Shown in pieces: positions 25,285 to 36,920 of a stretch of 64,000 bases of DNA. A model generated the notes under the pieces. That model was not told where the DNA came from. It did not search any database and saw only the letters and a program-made list of their open reading frames with translations. A program made the translations under genes and the position numbers. The stretch comes from Eubacteriales bacterium (GTDB taxonomy: Bacteria; Bacillota; Clostridia; Oscillospirales; CAG-272), in the NCBI GenBank assembly GCA_045656765.1, contig JAZORU010000024.1:1386-65385 (forward strand), written 5' to 3'. Every line of letters begins with the position of its first letter. Position 1 is the stretch's first letter.

Positions 25285-27186
25285 TTATATTCTCTTCTCT
25301 ACCGTTTCCACAAACGCAAACTCTACACGGCGGCGCACGGTATCCGCGCTGACTACCTTTATCCGCACTATATCACCGGGAGAAAATATCCTCTGCCTTG
25401 AAGCAAGGGTGTTTTTTTGCTCACTATAGGTGTAAAAGCCGTCAAGCGTTGCAACGGGAACGAGTCCCTCGCAGGTATTTTCAAGCGTCGCAAAAAAACC
25501 GAACGACTGAACGCTCGTAATTTTTGCTTCAAACTCCTCGCCTATATGCCCCTTCATATAAAGAGTTTTATAAAGGTCCTCAATCGCACGCTCAGCACCA
25601 AGTGCCCGAAGCTCGTTTTCACTTGAGCGTACTGCTGCCTCGCGGGCAAACGACGCGTATTTTTTCGCCTTGTCGGGATAGCTTCTGAGTGCCTCGGACA
25701 AAATTCTGTGAACCGCAAGGTCGGGATAACGGCGTATGGGCGAAGTAAAATGAGCGTAATAATCAAGAGCGAGTCCGAAATGGTGCGAGCGTATCTCAGA
25801 ATACTTCGCTTTCATAAAGGAGCGAAGCATACTACCCGAAACTATATCGGCAATTCCCTTCTCCTGAGCTTCATCAAGTATCCTTTGATAAGAGGCGGCG
25901 CTTACACCCGAAGCTGTCAGAGGGGTAGTGTCAAGCGCGTAATTTGAGCAGAAATTTACAAAATTCCGCACCTTTTCATCGTCGGGGGATTCGTGTATTC
26001 GGTATACACACGGTATCTTTAGCGTGCTCATATAAATCGCCACGCCCTCGTTTGCAAGAAGCATAAACTGTTCGATCAGCCTCTCACTCTCGCCTCTCGA
26101 GGCGCGCTTTATCTCAACGGGTGCTCCGTCAGAGTCGAGAATTATCTTGCTCTCAGCACTCTCAAGCTCAACGTAACCGCGCCCGTGCGCTATCCGCTCG
26201 CGCATTTTAAATACTCGGTACATCTCGCAAAGCGTGGGATATACACGTTTATATTTAGAGTAAAACTCGGATGCTTCACCCTTTGCGAGAACGTCGTTTG
26301 CCTCGCTGTAAACTCCGCGAAGGCATGAGCGTATTATGCTTTTTTGCACTCTCGTCTTCACAAGCCGTGCATGTCTGTCAAGCGTGATAAATGCCGAAAG
26401 TGCGTATTTGTCCTCTCCTGCATTAAGCGAGCAAGCGCCGTTTGAAAGCGACGTCGGAAGCATCGGCACTACCTTATCGGTAAAATACACGCTTGTGCCG
26501 CGCGCGATAGCTTCGCGGTCTATCTCGCTTCCCTCGCGCACGTAATGAGATACGTCGGCTATATGAACACCAAGCTCCCATCCGTCCTCGGTAGATTCAA
26601 GGGAAATTGCATCGTCAAGGTCCTTTGCATCCGCCCCGTCAAGAGTAAATATAAGCAAATTCCGCAAGTCCGCCCTGCCCTCAGCACAAAGCGGCTCTCG
26701 GCTAACTACCTCCGCCTCGTCTATAACCGACATAGGAAACTCACTCTGAATACCAAAGGAAGAAAGAATTGACTCGTAATTTGCCTCCTTTGAGTCTGCT
26801 GCACCGAAAATCTTGCTCACCCTCGCGAGTGCCGCCTCGTGTGCTCTATCGGGAAGTCTCGTGATCACTGCTTCGATAAGCTCGCCCTCGTACGCGCCGC
26901 TTCCGTTTGTCAGCACAACGTCAAAAGAGATGCGGCGGCTCTGCGGCAAAAGATAGTATCTCGCCGCACCTCTGCCTGCTTTCATTTTCAGGCATACTCC
27001 CGTCATGCGCATACCAAGCTCAGCCGTGACGAGAGCTTTGCCGTTTGTGCTGTGTGCTTCGTTCTTCTTTTTGGTGTGTGCGGAAATATTCTGTTTTTTT
27101 GCCTTTTGTCGAATACGACTTCTTTTATTAAACGTATCGCTCTGTCGTCTCGTTTTCTTCGTGTTTTTCTTATTGTTTCTTTTCAT
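25285..27186 (-). CDS. rnr: Ribonuclease R (RNB family 3'-5' exoribonuclease with C-terminal S1 domain)
   Basis: 633 aa. IFTLDGADAKDLDDAISL, HFGLALDYYAHFTSPIRRYPDLAVHR, C-terminal S1-like GEEFEAKITSVQSFGFFATL. Confidence 0.9.
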   Translation of the reverse strand: MKRNNKKNTKKTRRQSDTFNKRSRIRQKAKKQNISAHTKKKNEAHSTNGKALVTAELGMRMTGVCLKMKAGRGAARYYLLPQSRRISFDVVLTNGSGAYEGELIEAVITRLPDRAHEAALARVSKIFGAADSKEANYESILSSFGIQSEFPMSVIDEAEVVSREPLCAEGRADLRNLLIFTLDGADAKDLDDAISLESTEDGWELGVHIADVSHYVREGSEIDREAIARGTSVYFTDKVVPMLPTSLSNGACSLNAGEDKYALSAFITLDRHARLVKTRVQKSIIRSCLRGVYSEANDVLAKGEASEFYSKYKRVYPTLCEMYRVFKMRERIAHGRGYVELESAESKIILDSDGAPVEIKRASRGESERLIEQFMLLANEGVAIYMSTLKIPCVYRIHESPDDEKVRNFVNFCSNYALDTTPLTASGVSAASYQRILDEAQEKGIADIVSGSMLRSFMKAKYSEIRSHHFGLALDYYAHFTSPIRRYPDLAVHRILSEALRSYPDKAKKYASFAREAAVRSSENELRALGAERAIEDLYKTLYMKGHIGEEFEAKITSVQSFGFFATLENTCEGLVPVATLDGFYTYSEQKNTLASRQRIFSPGDIVRIKVVSADTVRRRVEFAFVETVEKRI

Positions 27187-27260
27187 AGTAACCTTATTTT
27201 TTGCATTTGACTATAAAATAATACACCCATACGAAGCCGCATGGGTGTAGTTATTTAAAG

Positions 27261-27692
27261 TTATCTTTCGTCAACTATCGTATCGCTTCCGGTATCAGAG
27301 CCCGTATCGCTTCCGGTATCAGCACCGGTATCTGCACTTGTATCTGCACTTGTATCTGCATTTGTGACAGCACTTGTAGTATCGCTCGTTCCCGTTCCTG
27401 CAGCCTCATCGTAATACTGAGAGTTACCGAGACTGGGAGCAGGTGTGTCTACGTTGTAGGAATCCGGCTGAATAACGTAGTATCCAACAAGAAGAAGCGC
27501 GAAAGCAATTACGATAACCGTAGTTACCTTGTTAAGAACTCCGTCAAGCTTCTTGCCCTTGGACTTGCCGAAAAACGTCTCAGCGCCGCCTGCGATAGAG
27601 CCCGAGAGTCCGTGTGACTTTCCGCTCTGTGCCAAAACCAAAAGTACGATTGCCAAAGCGGCAAGTACTACTATAATGCAAAATGCTATCAT
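27261..27692 (-). CDS. secG: Preprotein translocase subunit SecG with long repetitive C-terminal extension
   Basis: MIAFCIIVVLAALAIVLLVLAQSGKSHGLSGSIAGGAETFFGKSKG... core, then ~65 extra residues ending DTSADTSADTGADTGSDTGSDTGSDT. Confidence 0.8.
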   Translation of the reverse strand: MIAFCIIVVLAALAIVLLVLAQSGKSHGLSGSIAGGAETFFGKSKGKKLDGVLNKVTTVIVIAFALLLVGYYVIQPDSYNVDTPAPSLGNSQYYDEAAGTGTSDTTSAVTNADTSADTSADTGADTGSDTGSDTGSDTIVDER

Positions 27693-27869
27693 TTTATATA
27701 ATCCTCCGAAAATATGTACTAAGAATATGATAAGGCTAAACTCAGTATGGCATAGTTATGCCGAACACAAAACATTGTACCATATCTTTTTATAAATTGC
27801 AAGTATATTTAGCTCTTTTTTTTGCGTTTTTCGGATTTTTCTCTTAAAAACGCAGGATTTTATCATTTT

Positions 27870-28865
27870 TTAAGCGTGAAGCAAAACCCTCTTTAGAATC
27901 AAGCACATATCTGTTGCACTCTTAGCCTCGTTTATCTCGGCTCTTGCCGCCGCAGCACCGGGAAAATCCGCAAAATAAGCGCACACAGCCTTGCGCGCCT
28001 CGCCTACGGCGCGCCTCTCACCGAGAAGCTCACACAGTCCCAAAACTTGCTTTTCTGCCGTCTTGAATATTTCTTCACGCGAGGGCTTAGTATATTCTCT
28101 GTCTTCCATTGCCGCTGCAATCTCGGAAAATATCCACGGGTTTCCAACGGCACCGCGCCCGATCATCAAGGCATCGCATCCCGTATACTCAAGCATATAA
28201 AGGGCATCCTTCGCGCATCTGATATCCCCGTTTCCGATAACGGAGATAGACAGTGCCTCCTTTACCTCTTTTATTATATCAAGGTCCACCTCACCCGAAT
28301 ACATCTGCTCTCGGGAGCGTCCGTGAACGCACACCGCAACGGCACCCGCATCTTCAAGAGCGAGAGCGAAATCTACGGCGTTTCTGTCTGTTTTCGCAAA
28401 TCCCGAGCGTATCTTTACGGTTACAGGAAGAGTTGATGCTTCAACTGCCGCACAAGTCACCTCAGCCGCGCGTACCTTGTCACGCATAAGCGCACTTCCC
28501 TCGCCGTTTGATACTATCTTATGCACGGGACAGCCCATATTTATATCAATAGCACACGGAAGAACACTGCCGCTCTGCGCGAGATACTCCTCACTTGTGA
28601 GTATTTTTATTGCCTTGTAAATAAATTCGCCCTCCGAGCCAAAAAGCTGAAGCGCCATAGGGGTTTTCGACGTGTTTTTAGCAAGCACGAGCGTCTTTTT
28701 GTCGTTGTAGCAAACCGCCTTCGCGCTTATCATTTCGCTTACGGTATACTCTGCTCCGCTCTCGGCGCAAATATCGCGGAAAACGGCGTTTGTAAAGCCC
28801 GCAAGCGGCGCTAACATAAGCCCGTATTTAAGCTCGGTATTACCTATTCTCATAAAACCCCTCAC
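27870..28865 (-). CDS. dus: tRNA-dihydrouridine synthase
   Basis: LAPLAGFTNAVFRDICAESGAEYTVSEMISAKA, DINMGCP, HGRSREQMYSG motifs. Confidence 0.9.
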   Translation of the reverse strand: MRGFMRIGNTELKYGLMLAPLAGFTNAVFRDICAESGAEYTVSEMISAKAVCYNDKKTLVLAKNTSKTPMALQLFGSEGEFIYKAIKILTSEEYLAQSGSVLPCAIDINMGCPVHKIVSNGEGSALMRDKVRAAEVTCAAVEASTLPVTVKIRSGFAKTDRNAVDFALALEDAGAVAVCVHGRSREQMYSGEVDLDIIKEVKEALSISVIGNGDIRCAKDALYMLEYTGCDALMIGRGAVGNPWIFSEIAAAMEDREYTKPSREEIFKTAEKQVLGLCELLGERRAVGEARKAVCAYFADFPGAAAARAEINEAKSATDMCLILKRVLLHA

Positions 28866-28919
28866 TATAACAGATTAGAACACCGCAGGCTATATGCCTG
28901 CGGTGTTTTTAAGTGTTGT

Positions 28920-31900
28920 TTACTCTGCAGCCTCAACGTTAGCCTGAGCAGCAGCAGCCGCTCTCTTGACCTCAACTGCGCGGTATGAATCAAGTCCCGT
29001 TCCTGCGGGAATGAGCTTACCGATAATGACGTTCTCCTTGAGACCCTCAAGCCTATCGATCTTACCCTTGATAGCTGCCTCTGTAAGAACCTTCGTCGTT
29101 TCCTGGAAGGAAGCGGCAGAAAGGAAGGATTCCGTCTGAAGCGAAGCTTTGGTAATACCAAGAAGCACGTTTGAGTAGGTAGCTTCGGCAAGAGCAGTCT
29201 CGCCCGCTGCTACGCGAGCCTGGATCTGCTCGTTTGCGTTTTCAAACTCAACCATATCGACCAAAGTTCCGACAAGAAGATCAGTGTCTCCTGCATCCTC
29301 AACCTTGACCTTTCTCGACATCTGACGGGCAATAACCTCAACGTGCTTATCGTTGATGTTAACCTCCTGCGAACGATAAACCTTCTGTACCTCGCGGATG
29401 ATATAGTCGTAAACTGCCTCTATTCCGTTTACACGGAGAATGTCGGCAGGAGCCTTGTAACCTTCGGTCATAGCCTGACCCTGAAGAACGTAGTCGCCCT
29501 CGGCAACGGTAATTCTCATGCCGAAAGGAATTGCGTATGCAAGCTCCTCGTTGTCTTCTGTCTGAACGAGAATAGTCTTCGTGCGCTTATCCTCACGAAT
29601 ACGTACCGTACCTGCCTTCTCGGCGATAACTGCAGTCTTCTTCGGACGGCGCGCCTCGAAGAGCTCTTCGATACGGGGAAGGCCCTGTGTGATGTCGCTT
29701 CCCGCGATACCACCCGTGTGGAAGGTTCTCATCGTAAGCTGTGTACCGGGCTCACCGATAGACTGAGCCGCAATAATACCAACAGTTTCACCAACGTTAA
29801 CCTTGTTACCGGATGCCATGTCTGCGCCGTAGCAGTGAGCGCAAACGCCCTTCTTTGCATGGCAACGGAGAATCGAACGAACGTAAACCTGAGTAATACC
29901 CGCGTCAACTATCTCAGCAGCCTTCGAAGAAGAGATCATATCGCCGTCGCATACGATAACGTCGTTTGTTTCGGGATGAACTATATCGCCGATACAGTAT
30001 CTGCCGACAAGTCTGTCCTTAAGCGGCTCGATCACCGTATCTCCCTCTGTAATGTCGCTTACCCATATACCGTTTCTCGTTCCGCAATCGTCCTCGCGGA
30101 TGATAACGTCCTGCGATACGTCAACGAGTCTTCTCGTAAGGTATCCTGAGTCTGCGGTACGGAGAGCCGTATCAGACAGCGACTTACGCGATCCTCTTGC
30201 ACCGATAAAGTACTCGAGGATGTTAAGTCCCTCACGGAAGTTTGATTTGATCGGGATCTCCATCGTCTTACCGTTTGTCGCAAACATAAGTCCGCGCATA
30301 CCTGCAAGCTGACGGAGCTGGCTGTTAGAACCACGGGCTCCCGAGTCGATCATCATCTTTATGGGGTTGTATGCGTCAAAGCCTTCCTGAACCGAAGACA
30401 CTATCTTCTTCGTAGCATCTTCCCAGGTAGCTATGACGTTCTTGTATCTTTCATCGTCCGAAATATCTCCGTCGCGGTAGAATTCCGTGATCTCGGCGAT
30501 CTGCTCCTCAGCCTCTGCGATATAATCCCATTTCTTCTTCGGGATGTTCATATCGTAAACAGAAATTGAAAGGGAGGAACGTGTAGAATACTTGTAGCCT
30601 GTTGCCTTGATATTGTCAAGCGTCTCTGCGGCAACGGTAAGACCGTGCATCTTGATACAACGGTCGACTATCTCGCCGAGCTGCTTCTTCTTCGTAACAA
30701 ACATTACCTCGAGATCAAACATCTTCTCGGGGTCTGTTCTGTCAACGAAGCCGAGCGACTGCGGGATCTGCTGGTTGAATATGAGTCGTCCGAGCGTTGC
30801 GTCGATTATCTTCGACTTCATAACGCCGTCAACCTCGCGCTCTACTCTTACCTTGATCTTAGCATGAAGACCGAGCTCACCGTTGGAGTAAGCCATCATA
30901 GCCTCGTCAAAGTCACGGAAGACCTTGCCTTCACCGGGCTCGCCGGGCTTTTCCATAGTAAGATAGTAAGAACCGAGAACCATGTCCTGCGAAGGAACTG
31001 CAACCGCACGTCCGTCAGCGGGCTTGAGCAGGTTGTTAGCACTAAGCATAAGGAATCTTGCCTCTGCCTGTGCCTCTGCCGTAAGCGGAACGTGAACAGG
31101 CATCTGGTCTCCGTCGAAGTCTGCGTTAAACGCGGTACATACGAGCGGATGAAGTCTGATTGCACGTCCTTCAACGAGCACGGGCTCAAACGCCTGAATA
31201 GACAGACGGTGAAGCGTAGGTGCACGGTTAAGAAGCACGGGGTGCTCCTTGATTACGTTTTCAAGTGCGTCCCAAACCTCTGTATTTACCTTCTCGACCT
31301 TCTTCTTTGCTTCCTTGATGTTGGAAGCCTTGTTGGTCTCAACGAGTCTCTTCATTACGAAGGGCTTGAAGAGCTCAAGTGCCATTTCCTTAGGAAGTCC
31401 GCACTGGAATATCTTAAGATCAGGTCCTACGACGATAACCGAACGTCCCGAATAGTCAACACGCTTACCGAGAAGGTTCTGTCTGAAGCGTCCCTGCTTA
31501 CCGCGAAGCATCTCTGAAAGAGACTTAAGCGCTCTGTTGGAAGGTCCTGTTACGGGCTTTCCGCGTCTGCCGTTGTCGATAAGTGCGTCAACCGCTTCCT
31601 GAAGCATACGCTTCTCGTTTCTGATAATGATCTCGGGAGCGTGAAGCTCAAGAAGTCTCTTCAAACGGTTGTTTCTGTTGATAACTCTGCGGTACAGGTC
31701 GTTTAAGTCGGAAGATGCAAAGCGTCCGCCGTCAAGCTGTACCATAGGACGTATCTCAGGGGGAAGAACCGGAACGACGTCAAGGATCATCCACTCAGGC
31801 TTGTTGCCCGACTTTCTGAACGACTCAACAACGTCAAGTCTCTTAATAAGCTTGACCTTCTTCTGTCCGGTAGCCGTAGCAAGCTCTGCCTTGAGATCCT

Positions 31901-32477
31901 TTGAAAGCTGTTCGATATCAAGCTCGCTGAGAAGCTCTTTTATAGCTTCCGCACCCATACCTACTCTGAAGTCGTCCTCGTAGCGCTCATACATAGCGCG
32001 GTACTCGGAGTCCTTGAGAAGCTGCATTTTCTGCAAAGGCGTGGAGCCGGGATCGATTACGATATACTGAGCAAAGTATAAAACTCTCTCAAGAAGTCTG
32101 GGGGATATGTCAAGCAAAAGTCCCATTCTTGAAGGGATAGCTCTGAAGTACCAGATATGAGATACGGGTGCTGCGAGCTCAATGTGTCCCATTCTCTCGC
32201 GGCGGACCTTCTTCGTCGTTACCTCAACTCCGCACTTTTCACAGACCTTGCCCTTATGGCGTACACGCTTGTACTTACCGCACTGACATTCCCAGTCCTT
32301 CGTAGGCCCGAAGATCTTTTCACAGAAAAGACCTTCGCGCTCTGCCTTAAGTGTTCTGTAGTTTATTGTTTCAGGTTTCTTGACCTCTCCGTACGACCAG
32401 CTTCTGATCATTTCAGGAGATGCCAGACCTATTTGAATAGAATCAAATATATTTTTATCCATTTGGCTGTTGTTCAC
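28920..32477 (-). CDS. rpoC: DNA-directed RNA polymerase subunit beta'
   Basis: 1185 aa. NADFDGDQM catalytic motif, zinc-binding [20 protein letters not shown]. Confidence 0.98.
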   Translation of the reverse strand: MNNSQMDKNIFDSIQIGLASPEMIRSWSYGEVKKPETINYRTLKAEREGLFCEKIFGPTKDWECQCGKYKRVRHKGKVCEKCGVEVTTKKVRRERMGHIELAAPVSHIWYFRAIPSRMGLLLDISPRLLERVLYFAQYIVIDPGSTPLQKMQLLKDSEYRAMYERYEDDFRVGMGAEAIKELLSELDIEQLSKDLKAELATATGQKKVKLIKRLDVVESFRKSGNKPEWMILDVVPVLPPEIRPMVQLDGGRFASSDLNDLYRRVINRNNRLKRLLELHAPEIIIRNEKRMLQEAVDALIDNGRRGKPVTGPSNRALKSLSEMLRGKQGRFRQNLLGKRVDYSGRSVIVVGPDLKIFQCGLPKEMALELFKPFVMKRLVETNKASNIKEAKKKVEKVNTEVWDALENVIKEHPVLLNRAPTLHRLSIQAFEPVLVEGRAIRLHPLVCTAFNADFDGDQMPVHVPLTAEAQAEARFLMLSANNLLKPADGRAVAVPSQDMVLGSYYLTMEKPGEPGEGKVFRDFDEAMMAYSNGELGLHAKIKVRVEREVDGVMKSKIIDATLGRLIFNQQIPQSLGFVDRTDPEKMFDLEVMFVTKKKQLGEIVDRCIKMHGLTVAAETLDNIKATGYKYSTRSSLSISVYDMNIPKKKWDYIAEAEEQIAEITEFYRDGDISDDERYKNVIATWEDATKKIVSSVQEGFDAYNPIKMMIDSGARGSNSQLRQLAGMRGLMFATNGKTMEIPIKSNFREGLNILEYFIGARGSRKSLSDTALRTADSGYLTRRLVDVSQDVIIREDDCGTRNGIWVSDITEGDTVIEPLKDRLVGRYCIGDIVHPETNDVIVCDGDMISSSKAAEIVDAGITQVYVRSILRCHAKKGVCAHCYGADMASGNKVNVGETVGIIAAQSIGEPGTQLTMRTFHTGGIAGSDITQGLPRIEELFEARRPKKTAVIAEKAGTVRIREDKRTKTILVQTEDNEELAYAIPFGMRITVAEGDYVLQGQAMTEGYKAPADILRVNGIEAVYDYIIREVQKVYRSQEVNINDKHVEVIARQMSRKVKVEDAGDTDLLVGTLVDMVEFENANEQIQARVAAGETALAEATYSNVLLGITKASLQTESFLSAASFQETTKVLTEAAIKGKIDRLEGLKENVIIGKLIPAGTGLDSYRAVEVKRAAAAAQANVEAAE

Positions 32478-32525
32478 CCTTCGGGTGATGCCCCTCTCTC
32501 TGTATTATTTTGCCGTGTCGTTTTA

Positions 32526-35500
32526 TTACATATCTTCGCCGTAGCCGTCGTCATAATCGTCGTAGTCGTCATAGCCGTCGTCATCGCCTGAATTATCATA
32601 GAGGAAATCCTGCGAGTCATCCTCGTCGGGATTCTTCTCTGTGAAGGAATCAAACATATCGTCGGTCTCGACTGCCTCGCCTATGTCCGCATCGGATACG
32701 TAGTTGGGAGCTTCTATCTCGTCCTCAACGGTGGAGAGGTCTACCTCTTGTCCGTCCGCGTCAAGCACTCTTACGTTGAGCGCAAGCGACTGAAGCTCCT
32801 TCACAAGTACCTTGAAGGACTCGGGAATACCCGGCGTAGGAATGTTCTGACCCTTGACTATTGCCTCGTAGGTCTTTACACGTCCGGTCACGTCGTCCGA
32901 CTTGACCGTAAGTATTTCCTGAAGGGTATACGCCGCACCGTACGCCTCAAGTGCCCAAACTTCCATTTCTCCGAAACGCTGGCCGCCGAACTGCGCTTTA
33001 CCGCCGAGAGGCTGCTGTGTTACGAGCGAGTAAGGACCTGTTGAACGCGCGTGGATCTTATCGTCAACAAGGTGGTGAAGCTTAAGATAATACATATATC
33101 CGACAGTTACGGGGTTATCGAAGGGCTCTCCCGTTCTGCCGTCGTAAAGAGTAGTCTTTCCGTCTACTATTCTGAGCTTGCCTTCTGCAAGAAGCGTGTC
33201 AAATCTCGGATCGTCATGCTCGATGGTGGTAAGGTGCATCTTACCGTCCTCGTCAAAGGACTGAATGCATACTTCCTTGCCGTCGTAGTTCTCGCCGGGA
33301 CGGATCTCACGGCAAAGACCTGCTTCCTTGAGCTGCTCAAGAATATCCATCTCGTTTGCACCGTCAAATACGGGAGTCATAACCTTCATGCCGAGCTCCT
33401 TTGCAGCTCTGCCGAGGTGAACCTCAAGAACCTGACCGATGTTCATACGTGAAGGAACGCCCAGAGGGTTAAGAACGATATCAAGAGGCTGACCGTTCGG
33501 CAAGAACGGCATATCCTCGGGAGGAAGAATACGCGAAACGACACCCTTGTTTCCGTGACGTCCTGCCATCTTGTCTCCGACGGATATCTTTCTCTTCTGT
33601 GCTATAAATATTCTTGCAACCTTGTTTACTCCGGGAGGAAGCTCGTCTCCGTTTTCGCGTGAGAACACCTTAACGTCAACGACTATACCCGACTCTCCGT
33701 GAGGAACCTTAAGAGAGGTATCTCTTACTTCTCTTGCCTTCTCACCGAAGATAGCACGAAGAAGTCTCTCTTCTGCCGTAAGCTCGGTCTCACCCTTAGG
33801 AGTTACCTTACCTACGAGAATATCGCCCGCACGAACCTCAGTACCTATCTTTACGATACCTTCAGCCGTAAGGTCCTTAAGCGCGTCGTCACCGACGTTG
33901 GGGATCTCGCGGGTGATCTCTTCCGGCCCGAGCTTCGTGTCTCTTGCTTCAAGTGTGTATTCTTCTATATGGATAGACGTGTAAACGTCATCGCGTACGA
34001 GGCGCTCGTTAAGAAGAACTGCGTCCTCGTAGTTGTAGCCTTCCCAAGTCATAAATCCGATAAGTGCGTTCTTACCGAGAGAGATCTCGCCGCCTGCGGT
34101 TGCAGGTCCGTCAGCGATTACCTGTCCCTTCTCGATCTCCTCGCCCTCACTGACTATAGGACGCTGGTTGATACAAGTACCCTGGTTTGAACGGCGGAAC
34201 TTAAGGAGTCTGTATACGTCGTTCGTTCCGTCATTGCGTGTTATAACTATTTCATCTGCGGAAACTCTCGTAGCTACGCCTGCTTCCTTAGCTATAACAA
34301 CGACGCCCGAGTCGTATGCCGCCTTGTATTCCATACCCGTTCCAACGAAGGGAGACTCGGTAACCATAAGCGGAACTGCCTGCTTCTGCATGTTTGAACC
34401 CATGAGTGCACGGGAGTTGTCGTCATTTTCAAGGAAGGGGATACAAGCGGTAGCAACCGATACAACCATCTTGGGCGATACGTCCATGAGGTCAACCTGC
34501 GTGCTGTCCACTTCTATTATCTCGGTCTTGTCGCGGACAAGGACTCTCTTGTTGATAAAGCGTCCATCCTCGTCAAGAGGCTCGTTACCCTGTGCAACTA
34601 TGAAGTCGTCCTCCATATCTGCAGTAAGGTAAACTACGTTCTTCGTAACTATTCCGTTTTCCTTGTCAACTACGCGGAAGGGTGCTTCGATAAAGCCGAA
34701 CTCACTTACTCTTGCGTAGGTGGAAAGGTAGGATATAAGACCGATGTTCGGTCCTTCAGGTGTCTCGATAGGACACATTCTGCCGTAATGCGTGTAGTGT
34801 ACGTCACGGACGTCAAAGCTTGCTCTGTCTCTGGAAAGACCGCCGGGGCCGAGAGCCGAGAGTCTTCTCTTATGCGTAAGCTCTGCCAAGGGGTTGTTCT
34901 GGTCCATGAACTGAGAAAGAGGCGATGAGCCGAAGAATTCTCTTATTGCCGTAACTACGGGACGGATGTTTACAAGAGACTGGGGCGAGAGATCGTCCGA
35001 GTCGGAAATGGTCATTCTTTCCTTAACTATCTTGTCCATTCTCGCAAGGCCTATGCGGAGCTGGTTCTGCAAAAGCTCGCCTACGCAGCGCATACGTCTG
35101 TTTCCGAGATGGTCGATATCGTCTGTCTGACCGATGCCGTGTGAAAGTGCAATAAGGTAGTTGACAGATGCGAAAATATCGTCCTTGGTTATATTCTTGG
35201 GGCAAAGGTCGTAGAATCTTGCGCGTGCAAGCTCTTTTACCTTCTCAACGTCACCCTCTGCCTCTTCAACGATAGCGTTAAGAGCAGCCAAAGAAACCTT
35301 GTGCTTTATACCGCAGTCGCAAAGGTCGTATCCGAGAACGGTCTCGGGGTATACGGTGTAGTTAGAGAAGATTCTGTATTCCTTGCCGTCGTCTCCGTAA
35401 ACGTATGCTTCGCAAGCACCGAGACGCTCGATCTCGCGTGACTGCTCACGACCGATAATAACGTCAGGCTCGCAAAGTATCTCGCCTGTAACCGCACTGA

Positions 35501-36407
35501 TAATCGGTCTTGATGCAACTCTGCCCTCTATACGCTTCGAGAGGCCGAGCTTCTTATTGTATTTATATCTTCCGACAGGATAGAGGTCGTATCTCTTAGG
35601 ATCGAAGAAGAGGTTGTTTATGAGCATCTGTGCGCTCTCAACAAGCGGAGGCTCGCCGGGACGAAGCTTCTTGTAAACCTCCTTAAGCGCTTCCTCGTAA
35701 AGATCGGTGCCCATTTCCATAGCTAACTTCTTTGCATCGTCCTTGTCGAAGGTAGCCGTGATAAGCGGGTCCTCTCCGAACATATCGGTAAGCTCCTTAT
35801 CGGTAGCTATACCCATAGCGCGAAGGAATACCGTTATCGGTATCTTTCTCGTTTTATCTATCTTTACGTAGAATACGTCGTTCTGGTCGGTCTCGTATTC
35901 AAGCCAAGCTCCTCTGTAAGGGATAACCGTAGCCGTGTAGAGATGCTTACCGGTCTTGTCGATAGACGAGCCGTAGTATACACCGGGAGAACGAACGAAC
36001 TGAGAAACGATAACTCTCTCAGCACCGTTGATAACGAAGGTTCCAGAATCTGTCATAAGCGGGAAATCGCCCATGTGAATCTCGGATTCCTTAACTTCAC
36101 CCGTCGTTTTGTTGGTAAGGCGTACGTTTACCTTGAGAGGTGCTGCGTAATTCACGTCTCTGTCTTTACATTCCTCAACGGGATACTGAGCCTTTTCTTC
36201 AAGCGTATAGCCCACAAACTCAATTATGAGATTGCCCGAATAGTCTGTTATCGGAGATACGTCATGGAGAACGTCCATGATTCCTTCCTCTACAAACCAC
36301 TTGTAGGAATTTTTCTGCACCTCGATAAGATTCGGCATTTCAAGAGGCTCATCAATTTTTGAGAAGCTCATTCTCGTATTTTTGCCGAGCTGATGGGGTT
36401 TGAGCAT
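32526..36407 (-). CDS. rpoB: DNA-directed RNA polymerase subunit beta
   Basis: Universal RpoB motifs ([32 protein letters not shown]). Start placed at ATG 36407 (GGAGTG RBS). Unusual acidic/Tyr tail [19 protein letters not shown]. Confidence 0.97.
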   Translation of the reverse strand: MLKPHQLGKNTRMSFSKIDEPLEMPNLIEVQKNSYKWFVEEGIMDVLHDVSPITDYSGNLIIEFVGYTLEEKAQYPVEECKDRDVNYAAPLKVNVRLTNKTTGEVKESEIHMGDFPLMTDSGTFVINGAERVIVSQFVRSPGVYYGSSIDKTGKHLYTATVIPYRGAWLEYETDQNDVFYVKIDKTRKIPITVFLRAMGIATDKELTDMFGEDPLITATFDKDDAKKLAMEMGTDLYEEALKEVYKKLRPGEPPLVESAQMLINNLFFDPKRYDLYPVGRYKYNKKLGLSKRIEGRVASRPIISAVTGEILCEPDVIIGREQSREIERLGACEAYVYGDDGKEYRIFSNYTVYPETVLGYDLCDCGIKHKVSLAALNAIVEEAEGDVEKVKELARARFYDLCPKNITKDDIFASVNYLIALSHGIGQTDDIDHLGNRRMRCVGELLQNQLRIGLARMDKIVKERMTISDSDDLSPQSLVNIRPVVTAIREFFGSSPLSQFMDQNNPLAELTHKRRLSALGPGGLSRDRASFDVRDVHYTHYGRMCPIETPEGPNIGLISYLSTYARVSEFGFIEAPFRVVDKENGIVTKNVVYLTADMEDDFIVAQGNEPLDEDGRFINKRVLVRDKTEIIEVDSTQVDLMDVSPKMVVSVATACIPFLENDDNSRALMGSNMQKQAVPLMVTESPFVGTGMEYKAAYDSGVVVIAKEAGVATRVSADEIVITRNDGTNDVYRLLKFRRSNQGTCINQRPIVSEGEEIEKGQVIADGPATAGGEISLGKNALIGFMTWEGYNYEDAVLLNERLVRDDVYTSIHIEEYTLEARDTKLGPEEITREIPNVGDDALKDLTAEGIVKIGTEVRAGDILVGKVTPKGETELTAEERLLRAIFGEKAREVRDTSLKVPHGESGIVVDVKVFSRENGDELPPGVNKVARIFIAQKRKISVGDKMAGRHGNKGVVSRILPPEDMPFLPNGQPLDIVLNPLGVPSRMNIGQVLEVHLGRAAKELGMKVMTPVFDGANEMDILEQLKEAGLCREIRPGENYDGKEVCIQSFDEDGKMHLTTIEHDDPRFDTLLAEGKLRIVDGKTTLYDGRTGEPFDNPVTVGYMYYLKLHHLVDDKIHARSTGPYSLVTQQPLGGKAQFGGQRFGEMEVWALEAYGAAYTLQEILTVKSDDVTGRVKTYEAIVKGQNIPTPGIPESFKVLVKELQSLALNVRVLDADGQEVDLSTVEDEIEAPNYVSDADIGEAVETDDMFDSFTEKNPDEDDSQDFLYDNSGDDDGYDDYDDYDDGYGEDM

Positions 36408-36700
36408 AAAATTTATCACTCCATTCCGATATTTTCGTGTGTGCCGCACACAAATGACCGTATAATCTGCATATAATTAAGGAAGAATATCATCCGCCGT
36501 GCATACTCGGATAAGCGTTTTTCCATGTCCCAAAGGCACCGTTTTTTGCATAAAAGTGTAATTACTTTTTACTTTTTGGGGGAATTTACAAGGACTCGCG
36601 TCAGTCAATGTGAAAATCCTACAAAAAGCAGCTTTTTTACTGTGCAAAATGACGGTTTTTCGCTATTAGGGCATTATATGGGATTATAATGCAATTTAGT

Positions 36701-36729
36701 ATTATACAATCAAAAAGCAAGAATGTCAA
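36701..36729 (-). promoter_or_regulatory. Consensus sigma-A promoter upstream of rpoB (TTGACA-17-TATAAT), implying a ~290-nt 5' UTR
   Basis: Plus attata 36701-36706 and tgtcaa 36724-36729, 17-nt spacer. Confidence 0.55.
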
Positions 36730-36920
36730 GCGTTTTACGCTAAATTTCCGATATTTTTTTGCTTTTTTTATTATCAATTCAAAAAACACAACTTTATTTT
36801 CGTTTTTGTAAATTTGGCTTACCAAACTATATTAAATTTCCGTTAATAAAACAAAAAAACAGAGCGATTGTGCCCTGCTTTTCGTTTTCTTTGGTTATTT
36901 TGTTGAAATTAATGTATTTT

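Noticed and set aside
28920-36449. Long antisense ORFs inside rpoC/rpoB (e.g. 29343-30149, 30645-31517, 33699-34190, 35943-36362)
   Set aside because: They are fully embedded antisense to universally conserved RpoB/RpoC coding sequence. Their translations are low-complexity with no RBS.
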